Source of the DNA: Clostridiales bacterium
GTDB lineage: Bacteria > Bacillota > Clostridia > Christensenellales > CAG-917
Assembly: GCA_022009995.1 (NCBI GenBank)
Contig: CP091734.1
Span: 128,997 to 192,996, forward strand
Direction: 5' to 3'
Length of the DNA: 64,000 nucleotides
Positions 1 through 11,944 of the stretch are shown in pieces. The notes under the pieces were generated by a model. That model saw only the letters and a list, made by a program, of their open reading frames with translations. It made no database searches and was not told where the DNA came from. A program made the translations under genes and the position numbers. Position 1 is the stretch's first letter. The number at the start of each line of letters is the position of its first letter.

Positions 1-986
1 ACCTGAACCCGTAGGCCCCGTGACAAGAATGATCCCGTTCGGCGCTTTGATGATGCGGGAGAACTGCTCAAACAGTTTGTCGGGCATGCCAAGGTCGGGA
101 AGCGTGATAAGCGCGGCGTCCTCGGTTGCAAGAAGACGCATGTTGACCTTTTCACCGTAAATCGTGGGCAGCGTGTTGACACGAAGGTCGATGTTGATGT
201 CGCCGTTGTTGAAGTCGATACGGCCGTCCTGCGGGATTCGCTTTTCAGCAATGTTGATGCCCGCAAGGATTTTACAACGCGAAACGATACTGTTAAGCGT
301 GGAAATGTCCAAGCGCATACATTCGACAAGCTCGCCGTCGATACGCATGCGGACAAGGATTTGCTCCTCAAACGGCTCAATATGAATATCAGACGCGCGG
401 CGCATGTACGCCTGCGTGATAAGGCTGTTGATAAGTTTGACGACAGGAGTGTTGTCAACGCGGCTTTCGATCTCGGACAACTTTTGCTGGGTTGCCGCCG
501 AAGTCTGCTGGACAACCTTTTGCGTCGCTTCGTCCGACACGAAGAAGTTGCCGGCGTTGGTGTAGTACTTTTCAATCGCGCTTTCGATGATACGCTGCGG
601 CGCAAGGACAAAACCGACGTCCATACGCGTGACCATCTTTACGTCCTCGAACGCGCCGATGTCGTGCGGATCGTGCGTGGCAATGATGATCTGCCCCGCC
701 TTCAAGTCAAGCGGCATTATGCAGTGCTTTTTGACGATTTGCTCCGGTACGTTTTTCAGAATTTCGGGACGACGGACGACAAGTTCCGTATTTATATAGG
801 TCGTGTTGAAACGCTCCGCCATTGCAGAGAGCATCGCGTCCTCGGTGATAATGCCGCGCGACAACAATATCGCGCTGATTTTTCGTTGGGATGGGTTTTT
901 TGCCAACGTTTTGCGTCATCCAGTTGCGCCTGCTTGACAAAGCCTTTCTCTATCAGGATGTCGCCTAAACTTGCTCCTCTTTGCAT
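1..986 (-). CDS. pilB: Type IV pilus / T2SS assembly ATPase PilB (GspE family). N-terminal part only; the gene runs off the left edge. One apparent frameshift.
   Basis: ATG at 986 with an AAGGAG RBS gives MQRGASLGDILIEKGFVKQAQLDDA (GspE N-domain style). After a shift at the T7 run 894-900 the frame continues to ...IKAPNGIILVTGPTGSG (Walker A), encoded at 1-40 on the minus strand. Confidence 0.85.
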
Positions 987-1011
987 CTCTTCTCCTTATG
1001 ATATATAAATA

Positions 1012-1775
1012 TTATATTCCGAATAAGTTTTTTATGCCGTCGATTATGGGCGTGCCCGCAAATACCGTGACCACCGCACCAAGCGCGATAAACGGACCAA
1101 GCGGAAGTTCGTACCCCTTTCTGACCTTTTTCGTCAGCAATAACGCGCCGCCGATAAGCCCCGCCGACACTATCGCGATAAACGCCGACACAAGCGTCGG
1201 GTAAAGCCCCAACACAAGCCCCAGCGCAAAATAAAGCTTTATGTCGCCGCCGCCGATGCCGCCCGTCACGAGCGCGATTACGTAAAGCGGCACGCTGATA
1301 ACCACCGCGCCCACAAGACGGTGCCACCACACGACGTCCTTCGCCGTGAAAAACAGCGGAATCGACAAAATTATGATGAACACGACGATGCCGTTCGGGA
1401 TCTCTTTCGTGTCGATGTCTATGAACGTCATCACGATGAGCGCCGAAAACAGCGCGTCGTATATGAACGCGTTGGCGTTAAGCCCGATAAAATATGCCGA
1501 CAACGTCCACAATACGGCGTTGAGCGACTCCACAATCGGGTACCTTGCGGAGATTTTTCCTTGCAATTCCTGCACTTTCCGCCAAGAAAAATCCAACTGA
1601 AAACCGGCACCATGTCGTACCATTTCAGCGGCTGCCCGCACTTCGGACAATAACTGTGTTTTTCGGTGAAAAACGTGCCTTTGGGAATGCGGTAAATGCA
1701 AACGTTCAGAAAACTGCCGACCGCAAGCCCGAAAAATGCGGAAAATATCGTGAATAACAGATGGCCAAGTTCCAT
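1012..1775 (-). CDS. pilD: Prepilin peptidase (A24 family, PilD). One apparent frameshift near 1555.
   Basis: MELGHLLFTIFSAFFGLAVGSFLNVCIYRIP...CPKCGQPLKWYDMVPVFSW (ORF 1431-1775) continues in the frame of ORF 1012-1782: ...MTFIDIDTKEIPNG...GGIGGGDIKLYFALG. Confidence 0.9.
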
Positions 1776-1778
1776 TTA

Positions 1779-2548
1779 TCAACCGCCTGTCACGGTTCGG
1801 AAATAAAAATTCTTGAACCCTTTCTCGTTTTTATTGTACGGCTTGTAGTTAGCGTCCAGCAGCATGTTTTTGTAGGCGTCTTTACTGTCCGTGATTGCGT
1901 AGCTATCGCCCTGCTTAAAACTGAAAATCCCTATGAATTTTCTATTTTCCGACTGGCTGTAATCCGCCTCGATAAAGTCGATTTCAAGCCCCGGGGAGTC
2001 GAATTTTTTTTGCCCTTTGGCGTTATAGACGTCGCAGAACACCTTGACGGACGTAATCTCCTTAAAGGTGTTGACAATCGCCCGGAAGTAAACTTCTATC
2101 TTGAAACTGCCGTAAAACGCGCGCTTTCGGCGTCGCTTGACGTGAAGTAGTCCTTAGTGTTTTCAGGGTTTTTGCCGCTGTCCGTCGAATACACAAGCCT
2201 GCCGTCGTCGGACGACGAGAACACCTTGTACTCGCCCGTCGGCGCGTTTTTCATTGTATAAGGGGTCTGATTATCGTCGATTGTAATCATGTTGTCGGCG
2301 GTCGGAAGCGCGCCGTCCTGCAAATATACCTCAACCGACGACCTTGCCGCCCGCTTGATCTCGTTCTGGACGATTGTGCCAAGGTCTTTTGCGGCGGCGT
2401 TTTCTTTCTGTCGCATATAAGCCGTCGTGCCCGCCGTGACAAGCCCGCCGATAACCGTTGCGAGAATACCCATAATGGCGACGACCGCGATCGCCTCGAC
2501 CAAGGTGAAGCCTTTTTTATTTTTTAAGATTTTTGCGAGTTTTCTCAT
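1779..2548 (-). CDS. Type IV pilin / pseudopilin with a prepilin N-terminal cleavage-methylation motif. Candidate major pilin. One frameshift near 2095 joins ORFs 2096-2548 and 1779-2042.
   Basis: N-terminus is MRKLAKILKNKKGFTLVEAIAVVAIMGILATV (G/FTLVE motif plus hydrophobic helix). The downstream frame stays open and protein-like across the junction. Confidence 0.7.
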
Positions 2549-2549
2549 G

Positions 2550-3104
2550 TCAGTTCTTATAGTGGGTTGTTACCCATTCTTTGGATAGCGAGTAGTATGC
2601 AAGTCGTTCCGTGTTTTTAAGGTCGTAAGTCACGGTATCGTCGTTGAAAATGAAAATCCAACGTTTCGTACCCTTGTCCGACGTCACCTGATACCTTGTG
2701 AACGCATAGCCCCAAGGGGTGTCCGTCGTCTGCTCTTTGGTGCGTTCGATTGAAATCGCAAACGGTACCGCGCCGTAATCGGTGTCGTAATTAAGCACCG
2801 CCGCGTACTGCGGCACGTTTTGCTCCACGTTGTTTTGCGTCGTCCTGATGTACGATACCTGCAAAATACTGTGCGGATACACGATATACTGGTCGTTGTA
2901 CTTGAACGTGTTCAAAAGAGCCTGCTCCTGCGCCTGCGACCTTTTGGCTTCTTCCTTTTTCGCCTTGGACATATAGCGCGTCGCCGTGTTGAACATGGTG
3001 AACGCCAGCGTGCCGACGATCGCAAACAACGCGATTGCAACGATACATTCGGCAAAGGTAAAGCCTTTTTTATTCAGTTTTAAGCGTTTCAAAACCTTTT
3101 TCAT
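2550..3104 (-). CDS. Minor pilin / pseudopilin (prepilin-type N-terminal domain).
   Basis: An internal ATG at 3104 gives MKKVLKRLKLNKKGFTFAECIVAIALFAIVGTLAF. It starts 2 nt after the upstream stop. The longer 316-aa ORF in the track is an upstream extension running through the previous gene. Confidence 0.7.
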   Translation of the reverse strand: MKKVLKRLKLNKKGFTFAECIVAIALFAIVGTLAFTMFNTATRYMSKAKKEEAKRSQAQEQALLNTFKYNDQYIVYPHSILQVSYIRTTQNNVEQNVPQYAAVLNYDTDYGAVPFAISIERTKEQTTDTPWGYAFTRYQVTSDKGTKRWIFIFNDDTVTYDLKNTERLAYYSLSKEWVTTHYKN

Positions 3105-3105
3105 C

Positions 3106-6100
3106 TTAGCCGTAATAGTACCCGCCGAAATTCCATTTGGTATAAGTTTTCTTTTCGCTTGATTCGATATAGTCGATATCGATATCGCTGCCAGCGCCGC
3201 CCGCGCTTGACGATACGTCAAACGCCTGGAAGACCAGGTTTCCGATATTACTGCCTTTGACCGAAATATCTTTTGCGACAATTGTTGCCTGGTTGTTGTT
3301 TGAGTATGCGTTGGGCAGAATTCCCAAAAAGCCCGTGGAGTTGTTGACGTATTTACCGTTGGGAAGATACACAAACCCGTTGATATAACCGCCACGTCCC
3401 AGAAGCAACTGGTTGCCCATCGTCCCGATAATGCACAGATTGCCGCTTTCAACGGTGTTGACTTCTTTTGCCGCAAGTTTAAGGCTGCTTTCGTTTTCAC
3501 CGTTCATCGTATAAGAACCCGAATAGGTGGTGTAGAAGCCCGAGTAGAAATGCGTGCCGAGCATCGAGTCACTTCTGTCCGCCGAGTCGTCGTTGATACC
3601 GCCGCCCATGTTGACGCTGAGCTTATATGCGTTTGCATTGATGGAAGTGTCGCCGACAAGCATAATATAGGCGTTGTGTGTGCCCTTAACGCGCCAGCTG
3701 CATTTTCTGAACTCAATGCCCGCTTGAAGTTCGTAATCGCCCTTGCCTTCGCCGACCAGCGTGTACTCGTCGCCGTTTCACGTATGAACCTTTCTCCCCT
3801 TTTTCGACATTGACTTTGATATATTTCGAAGGCGCGTTGATATAAACGTAGACGTCTTTTTTGGTTGCGTCGATTGTGATATTCATACGTTTTGAATTGT
3901 TCAGTTGGTTAATCGAGGCGATTACGCCGTCATCTTTACTCGCGCCAAAGACAACGGCGGATTGACCTTCTAACCCGGTATTTATACCGCCGCCAGAACG
4001 ACCAAAGTTGAAATACGTGTCTTCGGATATGGTATAGTCCACTTGCGTACGTATTCCGCTCATCGCGTTTTTGATATTGGTAAATACACCGCCTTGATCT
4101 CCGCCAATGGGATTTCCTTTGTCGTCATAAGTACAATACAGCGGATCCAAGCCGAAAGTATTGTCGCAAGTCAACGGCGTGACGTTGTTGTCGATGCTGT
4201 TTGTGAACCGTAAAACGCGCACGCTATTGTCGACGCTATCGCTGTTGTAAATCGCATAAAACTTATTGTCGGAGCCAATACTAGTAAGCTTGTGTCTGAT
4301 GTACGTCCATACATTATTGATATTTTTCTCTTTCCAACTAATTTCTATCCCGAGAAATTCAACAAGACCATTTATGTTCGCAAGATTATTAATGTCATAG
4401 AAGTTAGTTCTACCCCTAGGATCGATTGGCTTTTTTTCTAACATTTTATTAAGCTCGTCGATAGAAATTTTTTTACTTCCTTCATACAGTTCTTTCAATA
4501 TTAAATAATCCTGTTTAAGCTCCATTAACGGGTTCAGTGATGTATCCTGTACTTCACTTACCTGGTTGTATTCGTTGACCTTGATTTTTTTGTCGTCGAT
4601 TAGTTTGCGCATATCATCTTCGGTGAGCTTATTTGTTTTAAGTATCGCGATTTTTGCAAACCCTTCGTCGATAATTTCCCTGAAAACCGCTGAAACGCTT
4701 GAATTTTTGTCCGCGTTCGCATACCGCGCGTTGGATGAGCGCAGATACATTCCGTGGTCTTCGCCGCTGAACGCGCGCACGGATAAGAATGCGCTTTCGC
4801 CGACTGTGGTTTCACTATCAGCAAAAATCATTTTATCAACTTTGACGTCTTTGCCCGTAATCGCCTTGAAACTGTTCTTGGCGCTAGTGCTTAAAAGTGC
4901 CAGCTGTTTGACGTTGGCATAATTTTCAACCACGTCTTTTATGTCATCATACGTTAAGACTATTTTCGGGTTATTATACTCAGCCTTGTTTTTATTCGTC
5001 GCAATGATGCCTGTGGTTCCTAAGTTGTCGGCAAAGCTATACGTCCCTACATTAAGTGCACGTTTTCTGATTTCACCCTTTCTTCCGCCACCAACGGTAA
5101 AGTTAAAACCGAACGTACCATCACCGAAAACCTGAGCGATTGTATACCTTTCTTTAATTACTGTTCGTTTGTCCACATAATTCTTCACGACTGTTTTCAA
5201 TGTATTTTCATCGATTCCGTATAATCCGTCGCTGAATTTGAATTTGAATTTATTGTCTTTATTGTCTTCATTGTCTTTATTTTCCATTACCCGCTGAATT
5301 ACTGCCTTTTCGTCATCAGTAAACCCGGCATCTTTCATAAATTTATCCAGTTCGTCGAGGTTGTAAGCTGTATATGGTTTCAGACTGTCTGAGTATTGAT
5401 CAACAATATAAAACTTTTTGTCCAAAAACTTATACAACACTCTGGGTACTAAAAGATATTCTGCTTGTTTTCCGTTCTCTTTTGTCCATTCAATTGTCCT
5501 GTCTGTATCCCCATGCCTTTCATAATCCGTGCATTTATAGTAGGCTAATGCGATAAGATCATATTTCAGGAAGACGCAGTCATTGCCTTTCTCGTCATCC
5601 TTAATGCTGTACGTTAAGTCGGCATATCCCGTATATATGTTGTCGTTGTCGTCAAACTTCAAATATTTTTCTTTCAGTTCTTTAAGTGCCTTATCTTCGT
5701 CACAACCATTGACTTTCATAATAAGATCAAGAAGACTATGCTCCTGATATTCGCTTGAAATCATCTCGCCAATGGTGTCGATTTTTTTCGCGCTCACGCC
5801 AGCTTCGCTTTTATAACCGAACGCGTTGATACCGACAGCCTCGATATTGCCGCTGCCTAAGTAAATCTCGTTTACTTTGAGAGTCCGATATTTTACAGTG
5901 AGCGCGGCTTTGTAAGATACGTCGTTTACCGTGCTGACCGAGGTCTCATCGATGTCCACGCGCGACTCCCGCACCAGTGAAGTGCTGTTAAGTTGGCGCT
6001 GTACCTTTACTTTTTCTTCCGAGCCTTCTTTCTTTTCCGTATTTTCAATAAGCGACTTGTAAGCCCAGTTATAGATATAAAGATTGGAAGTTTCGCTGAA

Positions 6101-8056
6101 TTCTACGGGGCGATACTCTTTATGCACGCCGCCGTCTATTCCCTCCGCGGACAAGTAGCCGTCCCCTTTTAAGATATATCCGCTGTCGTTTATTGTTTTA
6201 TCGAATGCTCCTACCAAGGCGTTTTTCAAATTGCTTTGTCCGAAGTCTTTTAGCGCGGTTAAAAAGCTTTCGACTTTACTATTATCCGTAAAACTGTGCA
6301 CAAAATTATAAGTTAATAAATTTTTTCTATTGTATTCAAATCTGTAAGAACCGGTTGCATCGTAATTAAAGCTGCCTGCGTTTTTGTTCCAATTTTCACC
6401 GTCAAAACCAAGCAATGTTTTCAGACGCGAGAAGAAATTGGTGCTTTGGAAAGTTTCATTGTCAAAATAACGGTTGAAATTTGAACCGTTCATTCTTGTG
6501 AACATGTCTTTATTGCCTGTGCTTTCGGACGTGAGAACAAGATTTTCGGGCGCAATAATCATGCGTCCCATGCAGAATATGTCGCCCCTCATCTTGGTTT
6601 TGTTGTAAGACACAGTGGCGTCTTCAACTTTATCACAATCTTCTTTCTTTGAAGCATCTATTTTACCTTTGCCGGTGCTGTCATAAATAGCCAGGTCATG
6701 ATATATGTATTCGGTGCTGTGGCCTAATGCTTTCGGCGCATAAACCCAGTTATATCCATAGTTCACCCTGTCAAAGATAATATCGCCGCTGCAATATACG
6801 TTGCCGCCCTTCGGATACTGCATTATCATGTCTTCGGGTTTGCATTCGGACGTGGAATACATCGTCGCGCCGAGATATTGTTTGTTTCTGCTGTCTGTTG
6901 CATCCACCGGGCGTAATTCGCCGTTAACTCTTTCCCTGAGCGTTATCGTGACTTCTTCAACCGCGCCGTTCTCCGCCCAGTTTCTTGTCCAGAAATTGCA
7001 TGTTTCGGCATTTCAGGCGCACGATCCATAAGGGTATAGTGCGAGACTTCGTCATAAACCTGCAACGGCAAAAAGTCGTCGTCGTCGCCGTTTTTGTATT
7101 TCAGATACATCGCCTCGTTCACTTTGCCCTCTTGTTCGCGCTCTATGTATTCGCCGGTGCCAAGGATATCGAAGCCTGCAAAAGTCTTGTTGCCGATCGT
7201 GCTGTATTTGATATAGTTTTTGTTGTACGTTTTTTTGAAAAGCGCGGGAAGATTTACGCCAAGGTCAAGCCCGCGTATTGTAAGATTGCCGTCGCAATAG
7301 ATATTGCCCTGAACTTTTATAACGTTGTCGGCAGCGCCGATAATAAGGTCGCCGTTGGCAAAGATACTTCCCGTAAGACCTTCAAGAATAATCGGGTTAA
7401 AGTATCGGGTGGTCATCTTCTTCACGGTTTCCCCGTTTACGACTTCTTCATCCCAACAGTTTATTGAAATATCGCCCTCGATTCTCTTGAAAACAAGGTC
7501 GTCGCGCTTTTTTTCACCGCCCAAGTCGTTGTTCGTTACCAAGGCGTTGCCGAACGTGTCTTTGAGTGTAACGTTTAACTGTCGTTTCTTTGTTATAAGT
7601 GAAGCTCACCGTTCTTTCTTGCGAGCCTTTTACGCCCCTTACGTCGACAAGCACGCTGTCAAGCGACGTCTTTACCTTTGAAGCGTTGGTAAGCGTGATG
7701 TAAACTTTCACACCGTTGATTATTGTGAAATCGTCAAGTTTATCATCAAGATCGCCGTTGTTGAATTGGAGTTTGACGGGCTTATCTTGTTCAAGCTCAA
7801 AGGAATTGCTTTCGATAAGTTTGCCGAGATATGTGGAGCTTTTCAGCGTTTCGGTCATTACGAGTGCTGCGTTGTACGCGCGTTCCTGCTGGGTGTCCGC
7901 AATGCTGTTCGAGAAGGAGGAAAGCGTCACAAAGAGCATAGAAGTGCCTACGACGATAATAATCGCCATAGTCATAAGTACCATAAGCATCGCGCTGCCG
8001 CGTTTTTTATTGTACCGCTTGTTAAACCTTTCTATATTTTTTAATAACGTCAGCAT
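3106..8056 (-). CDS. Giant (~1650 aa) pilus-associated protein with a PilX-N-like hydrophobic N-terminus. Candidate tip adhesin. Reconstructed from 4 ORFs with 3 apparent frameshifts.
   Basis: GGAGG RBS and ATG at 8056: MLTLLKNIERFNKRYNKKRGSAMLMVLMTMAIIIVVGTSMLFV. The frames remain open and protein-like across the junctions at about 7570, 6990 and 3775 (for example ...KGEKGSYV / NGDEYTLVGEGKGDYELQAGIEF...). It ends ...KWNFGGYYYG. A recurring G-[DN]-[IV]-[YF]-C-x-G motif is present. Confidence 0.6.
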
Positions 8057-8203
8057 AATTGACCTCCTTCCGTCAATCGTACTTTTTTATTTTTCCCGTC
8101 TTATCTTTGCGACTGCGCTTTCGCGCGTTTTCGTAACTTGTTGTTATATTATAATATAATATCCTTTATTTTAAGGTGCCGCTTCCGCACAAGTAATGTC
8201 GTG

Positions 8204-8777
8204 CTATTCGTTCAGAATGTACGTGATCGTCATCGAGAACGTGCCCGAAACGTTGTTTCCGTCCGGCGTCATCGAAAGATACGTCAGATTGAACGACTTC
8301 ACTCGCGCGATCGCGTCCGTCACCTTGTAAAGCGTCTGCATGTTCGTCTTGTATGCGCTCGATATGGTGTAAACCTTTTTGGTGGACGTCGTGACGGGCC
8401 TGCCAAGGCTTATCTCAACGTTGAAACCAAGGTCGCCAAAGAACTTGTACAGCGTTTCCGCAATCGCCACAGAGTCCTGATGTCCGGGCATATTGCTGGG
8501 CAGAAGCTCCTCGTTAAGGTTGTTTGGTGCTGGTGAGTTGCTTGTACGCCGCCTCGTTTTGTCTGATTTCTTCAACGAGCTTGTTGTACCTTGCCGGGCT
8601 CACCGCGTCGGTTTGCTTTTTGACCTTCGCGATGTCGCCTTCGACCGTCTGCAACTCTTCCTGAGCGGTTTTTTTGTCGTTGTTTTTCGGCATGATGCCA
8701 AGTGTGTACGTGCCGCCTACAAGCAGGAACAGGATAAGTATGAAAATCAATACTTTTTCTTTTCTGTTAATCGTCAT
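8204..8777 (-). CDS. pilO: PilO-like pilus assembly protein (single TM plus coiled coil). One frameshift near 8540.
   Basis: MTINRKEKVLIFILILFLLVGGTYTLG, then a coiled coil. The C-terminal part lies in the frame of ORF 8204-8575. The call rests on its position after the pilM/pilN-like genes. Confidence 0.45.
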
Positions 8778-8790
8778 TTTCCCGTCCTCC

Positions 8791-9463
8791 TTATTTGTCG
8801 CTGCCGCCGAAAAGTTTATCGTTCACGACGTCGAAACTTACCGAAAAATCGGTGGCGGTGTCCATCGACGGCTCGACGCCCTGAATATAGCCGATGCCGT
8901 TTTCCTTAATCGCCGAAACATAGTTTCGCATCGACTGGGAACCCTTGCCAGTAAGTTTTAACGTGATCCTGCCGTTGGTGAAAGTGAACTGCGTCACCTT
9001 GCACTCCGTCTTTTGCGCGCTTGTGAAGATAATGTCGAAAATCGTGCCGGTAAGGTTTATCGCGGCGTCTGCTTCTTTCGACGTTGCCTGCGCGCCCGCA
9101 AGTGCGTTTGCAACGCGCGTTGCGACTTCCGTCAACGACTCGTATTGGTAAATCGTGTTGCCGTATTTGTCGGTGCCTTTCGTCACGGGGTTGCCGTTTG
9201 TCAAGCATCACCGTGAAGTTTTTGAACTTGTCTTCGTTCTTGGCAAGCGTGTTTTTCTGATTGGTGAGTTCCGTCTTGGCGGATTCAAGTTCGGACACGG
9301 CAGTGTTGTACTGCGAACGCGCCACAAGATACCACCCGACCATCGCGCATGCCACCACGACGACCGTAACGACAAGAATAAACTCAAACGAGGTGCTTTG
9401 CCCCGATTTTCCCATCGCCTTTTGCGCGGCGATAAAATCTATGTTTCTCTTTCTCTTTGCCAT
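8791..9463 (-). CDS. pilN: PilN-like pilus assembly protein (TM plus coiled coil). One frameshift near 9205.
   Basis: MAKRKRNIDFIAAQKAMGKSGQSTSFEFILVVTVVVVACAMVGWYLV, then SELESAKTELTNQKNTL. It continues in the frame of ORF 8791-9204. Confidence 0.5.
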
Positions 9464-9474
9464 AATCCACCTCG

Positions 9475-10465
9475 TTATTTGAGCATTGTGCCGATAAGCG
9501 GTGCAAGCGCGTTGAAATCAAGCTGCTCGACGCCCGATACGCTTTCGGGTACGGGAAGCATCTTGACGTTAAGCCCCATGAAACCGTAAAGGTCGCTTTC
9601 AACCGACTGGAACCTGTCAAGGTCGCCCGTGATAAACACGTCGTCGAATTTGTAATCGGTATATTTCGAGCGGAAGAACTGAATCGCCTCGCTCACGATG
9701 CCGGAAAGTCGTTGATGAAAAACGCCATTTCGTTCGCATAGTTTTCGTTGGGCATCGAATAAATGGGTTTCGACAGAGAGAAGACGTGCTTGTAATCCGC
9801 GAAAAGATACGACGTAATCGTCGTCATGCGATAGTCGACAAGCACGAAATATTGCGGCAGGTCTTCTTTCATAAAATCGACGAGTTTCGACAGCGCGCTT
9901 TGCGAAATATCGATTGCCGTAAGTTTCATGCCGACTTCGCGGCAGCACTTTTTCAGGTTTCGATGACAAGGTTGTCTATGTACGTGATCATAAGACGCGC
10001 TTTTTTCGCTTTCTTTTTCTTTTCGCTCTTCTCTTCCTGTTCTTCCTCGCCCTCTTCGGGGGAGTTCAAAGCGGCTTCCTGCATCTCTTCGTCGGGATCT
10101 TCGATATTTCTGTCGATCTCGACAAAGTCGACGGTGTGGCTTTCCGCAAGTTTTTTATCCGTGAAAAGTTCCGCCGAAATTATCGGATACAGAATCGACG
10201 GCTTTGCGTAAGGCAAAATCATCTCGCGGAACGGTATCTTGTTGTTTTCAAGGACGAATTTCGCCGCTTTCGACTTGATATCGTTTTTGCGGATCATATC
10301 GAGCATCGCTTCGGTAAGTTGAAGGTCGATATTGGTTGCGCTCGGGTCGTTCAGAAATTCACTGGGGAAATCCATATCGTAAAATTCTTTCACGGTGATT
10401 CTCTTTCCGCCCGCCGTCGCAAACATCGCTTTGAGTTTGTCGTTGTTCAAGTAGTAGTAAATCAT
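9475..10465 (-). CDS. pilM: PilM-like pilus assembly protein with an acidic/lysine-rich insert. About 2 frameshifts (ORFs 9953-10465, 9693-9929 and 9475-9969).
   Basis: Three same-strand fragments tile a single ~330-aa protein located between pilC and the pilN-like gene. It ends ...FITGDLDRFQSVESDLYGFMGLNVKMLPVPESV. Confidence 0.5.
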
Positions 10466-10487
10466 AATTTTGCTCCAAATCTACCCT

Positions 10488-11702
10488 TTATTCGGTATCC
10501 GTGCCTATCGAGTCGTACATCGAGAACATAGGCATAAGTATTGCGATAAGTATTACGCCGATGACAACCGCCATTACAACCATAAGGGCGGGGTTTATCA
10601 TTGCGGTAAGACTCTTGATTGCAGTGTCCGCTTCGTCTTCGAAATAAGCGGCGGTCTGCCCGAGAACCTCGTCCAGAGAACCGGATTCTTCACCGACGAA
10701 TATCATTGTCGTAAGCAGCGGATCGAATGCGTCGACCGTCTGCAACGCGGCGGATATCGACTCGCCCCTGCGGATTGCTTCGACAGCGTCGTCGATCTGC
10801 CTTGATACGTAAGTGTTGTCCATCATCTCCGACACCATCGTCAGCGCGTCGAGAAGATGTACGCCCGAACTCGTCAGCGTGCAAAGCGAGCTTGCAAAAC
10901 GCGACGTATAAATCATTTTTTGCAATTTTCCGATGCCCGGCATTTTGACTTTCATTTTGGAAACGAAAAGGTCAACCGCCTCGATTCGTTTAACGATCGG
11001 GATGAAAATAATAAGCGAGGCGACGATGCCGATAATCAGTATGTAGTCCTTCATAATGAAGTCCTTGATTTTCAGCAGGATTTTCGTGACCAGCGGCAAC
11101 TTATCTTCGGACACCATCGAAATCATCTTCGGCATAATCCAGACAAGCAAAACCACAACGACGACAAGACAAATCGCCATAACGATTTTCGGATACGACG
11201 TTGCCGATTTGATTTGCCCTCTTCTCTTTTTTTCCTTTTCGTAATAGTCCGCCATTCGGATAAGAGTCTCTTCCAGTTTACCGCTCATTTCGCCCGCCTT
11301 GACCATGCTCACGAGAAGGTTGGGGAATACGCCCGGAAGCGCACCCATCGACTCCGCAAGAGAGTTACCTTTCTGAACCTCTTCAAACAATGCGGCAAGC
11401 ACGTTTTTGAGTTTCGGTTTCTCGGTGCGTTCGTAAAGCATTTCCAGCGACTTAATAAGAGGCAAGCCGGCGTTCAGCATCGACGCGAGCTGTCGGCAAA
11501 ACTGCAACACCAGCGCGGTGTCGAGTTTTGAAAGTTTGCTTGCGTCGCCCTTTCCCGTGGCATGGACGTAATAGCATTTCAGACCGCGCGACGAAATGAC
11601 CTGATTGAAGTCGTCTTCGCTCGTGGCGGTGATCGTGCCGCTTACGCGTTTTCCTTCCGGCGAAAGTGCCTTGTAAGAATACTTGTACATATTACCTCGC
11701 AA
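10488..11702 (-). CDS. pilC: Type IV pilus platform protein PilC (GspF / T2SSF family). Intact.
   Basis: 404 aa. Two T2SSF repeats (LVLQFCRQLASMLNAGLPLIKSLE...; FASSLCTLTSSGVHLLDALTMV...) and TM segments. Confidence 0.9.
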   Translation of the reverse strand: MRGNMYKYSYKALSPEGKRVSGTITATSEDDFNQVISSRGLKCYYVHATGKGDASKLSKLDTALVLQFCRQLASMLNAGLPLIKSLEMLYERTEKPKLKNVLAALFEEVQKGNSLAESMGALPGVFPNLLVSMVKAGEMSGKLEETLIRMADYYEKEKKRRGQIKSATSYPKIVMAICLVVVVVLLVWIMPKMISMVSEDKLPLVTKILLKIKDFIMKDYILIIGIVASLIIFIPIVKRIEAVDLFVSKMKVKMPGIGKLQKMIYTSRFASSLCTLTSSGVHLLDALTMVSEMMDNTYVSRQIDDAVEAIRRGESISAALQTVDAFDPLLTTMIFVGEESGSLDEVLGQTAAYFEDEADTAIKSLTAMINPALMVVMAVVIGVILIAILMPMFSMYDSIGTDTE

Positions 11703-11742
11703 TTATTTTTGTCAAAACAAAAAAATATTCTTTTGTTAATTT

Positions 11743-11771
11743 ATTATAACATACGACTTGTTAAAATTCAA
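11743..11771 (-). promoter_or_regulatory. Sigma-A type promoter for the pilus operon.
   Basis: On the minus strand: TTGAAT, 17 nt, TATAAT, about 40 nt upstream of the pilC start. Confidence 0.4.
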
Positions 11772-11929
11772 CATTAAAAAAAATTTCGGCGCAAAATATC
11801 GCAAAAACATAAAAAAATCAGGCGGAATTACGGCGGTTTAAGGTATTTTTCAAATTTTTTGGAAAATTATTTTGATTTTTTCGGCACGGGTTTTCAACAC
11901 TTTCGTACGAAATTATACAGTCGTACAAT

Positions 11930-11944
11930 AAAATTCCGCCGTGC
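11930..11944 (+). repeat. GC island AAAATTCCGCCGTGC, copy 1. Candidate regulator binding site.
   Basis: Exact 15-mer repeated at 12081-12095. The reverse complement of its core (GGCGGAATT) occurs at 11821-11829. All copies lie in an otherwise very AT-rich divergent promoter region. Confidence 0.5.

Noticed and set aside
3106-8056. Alternative reading of the giant pilus gene as four independent genes (180, 199, 1064 and 185 aa).
   Set aside because: The three downstream pieces would lack any start context, signal or pilin N-terminus. In each case the downstream frame is already open and protein-like upstream of its listed start. The breaks look like the other single-base frameshifts in the window. 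This reading is not fully excluded, hence confidence 0.6.
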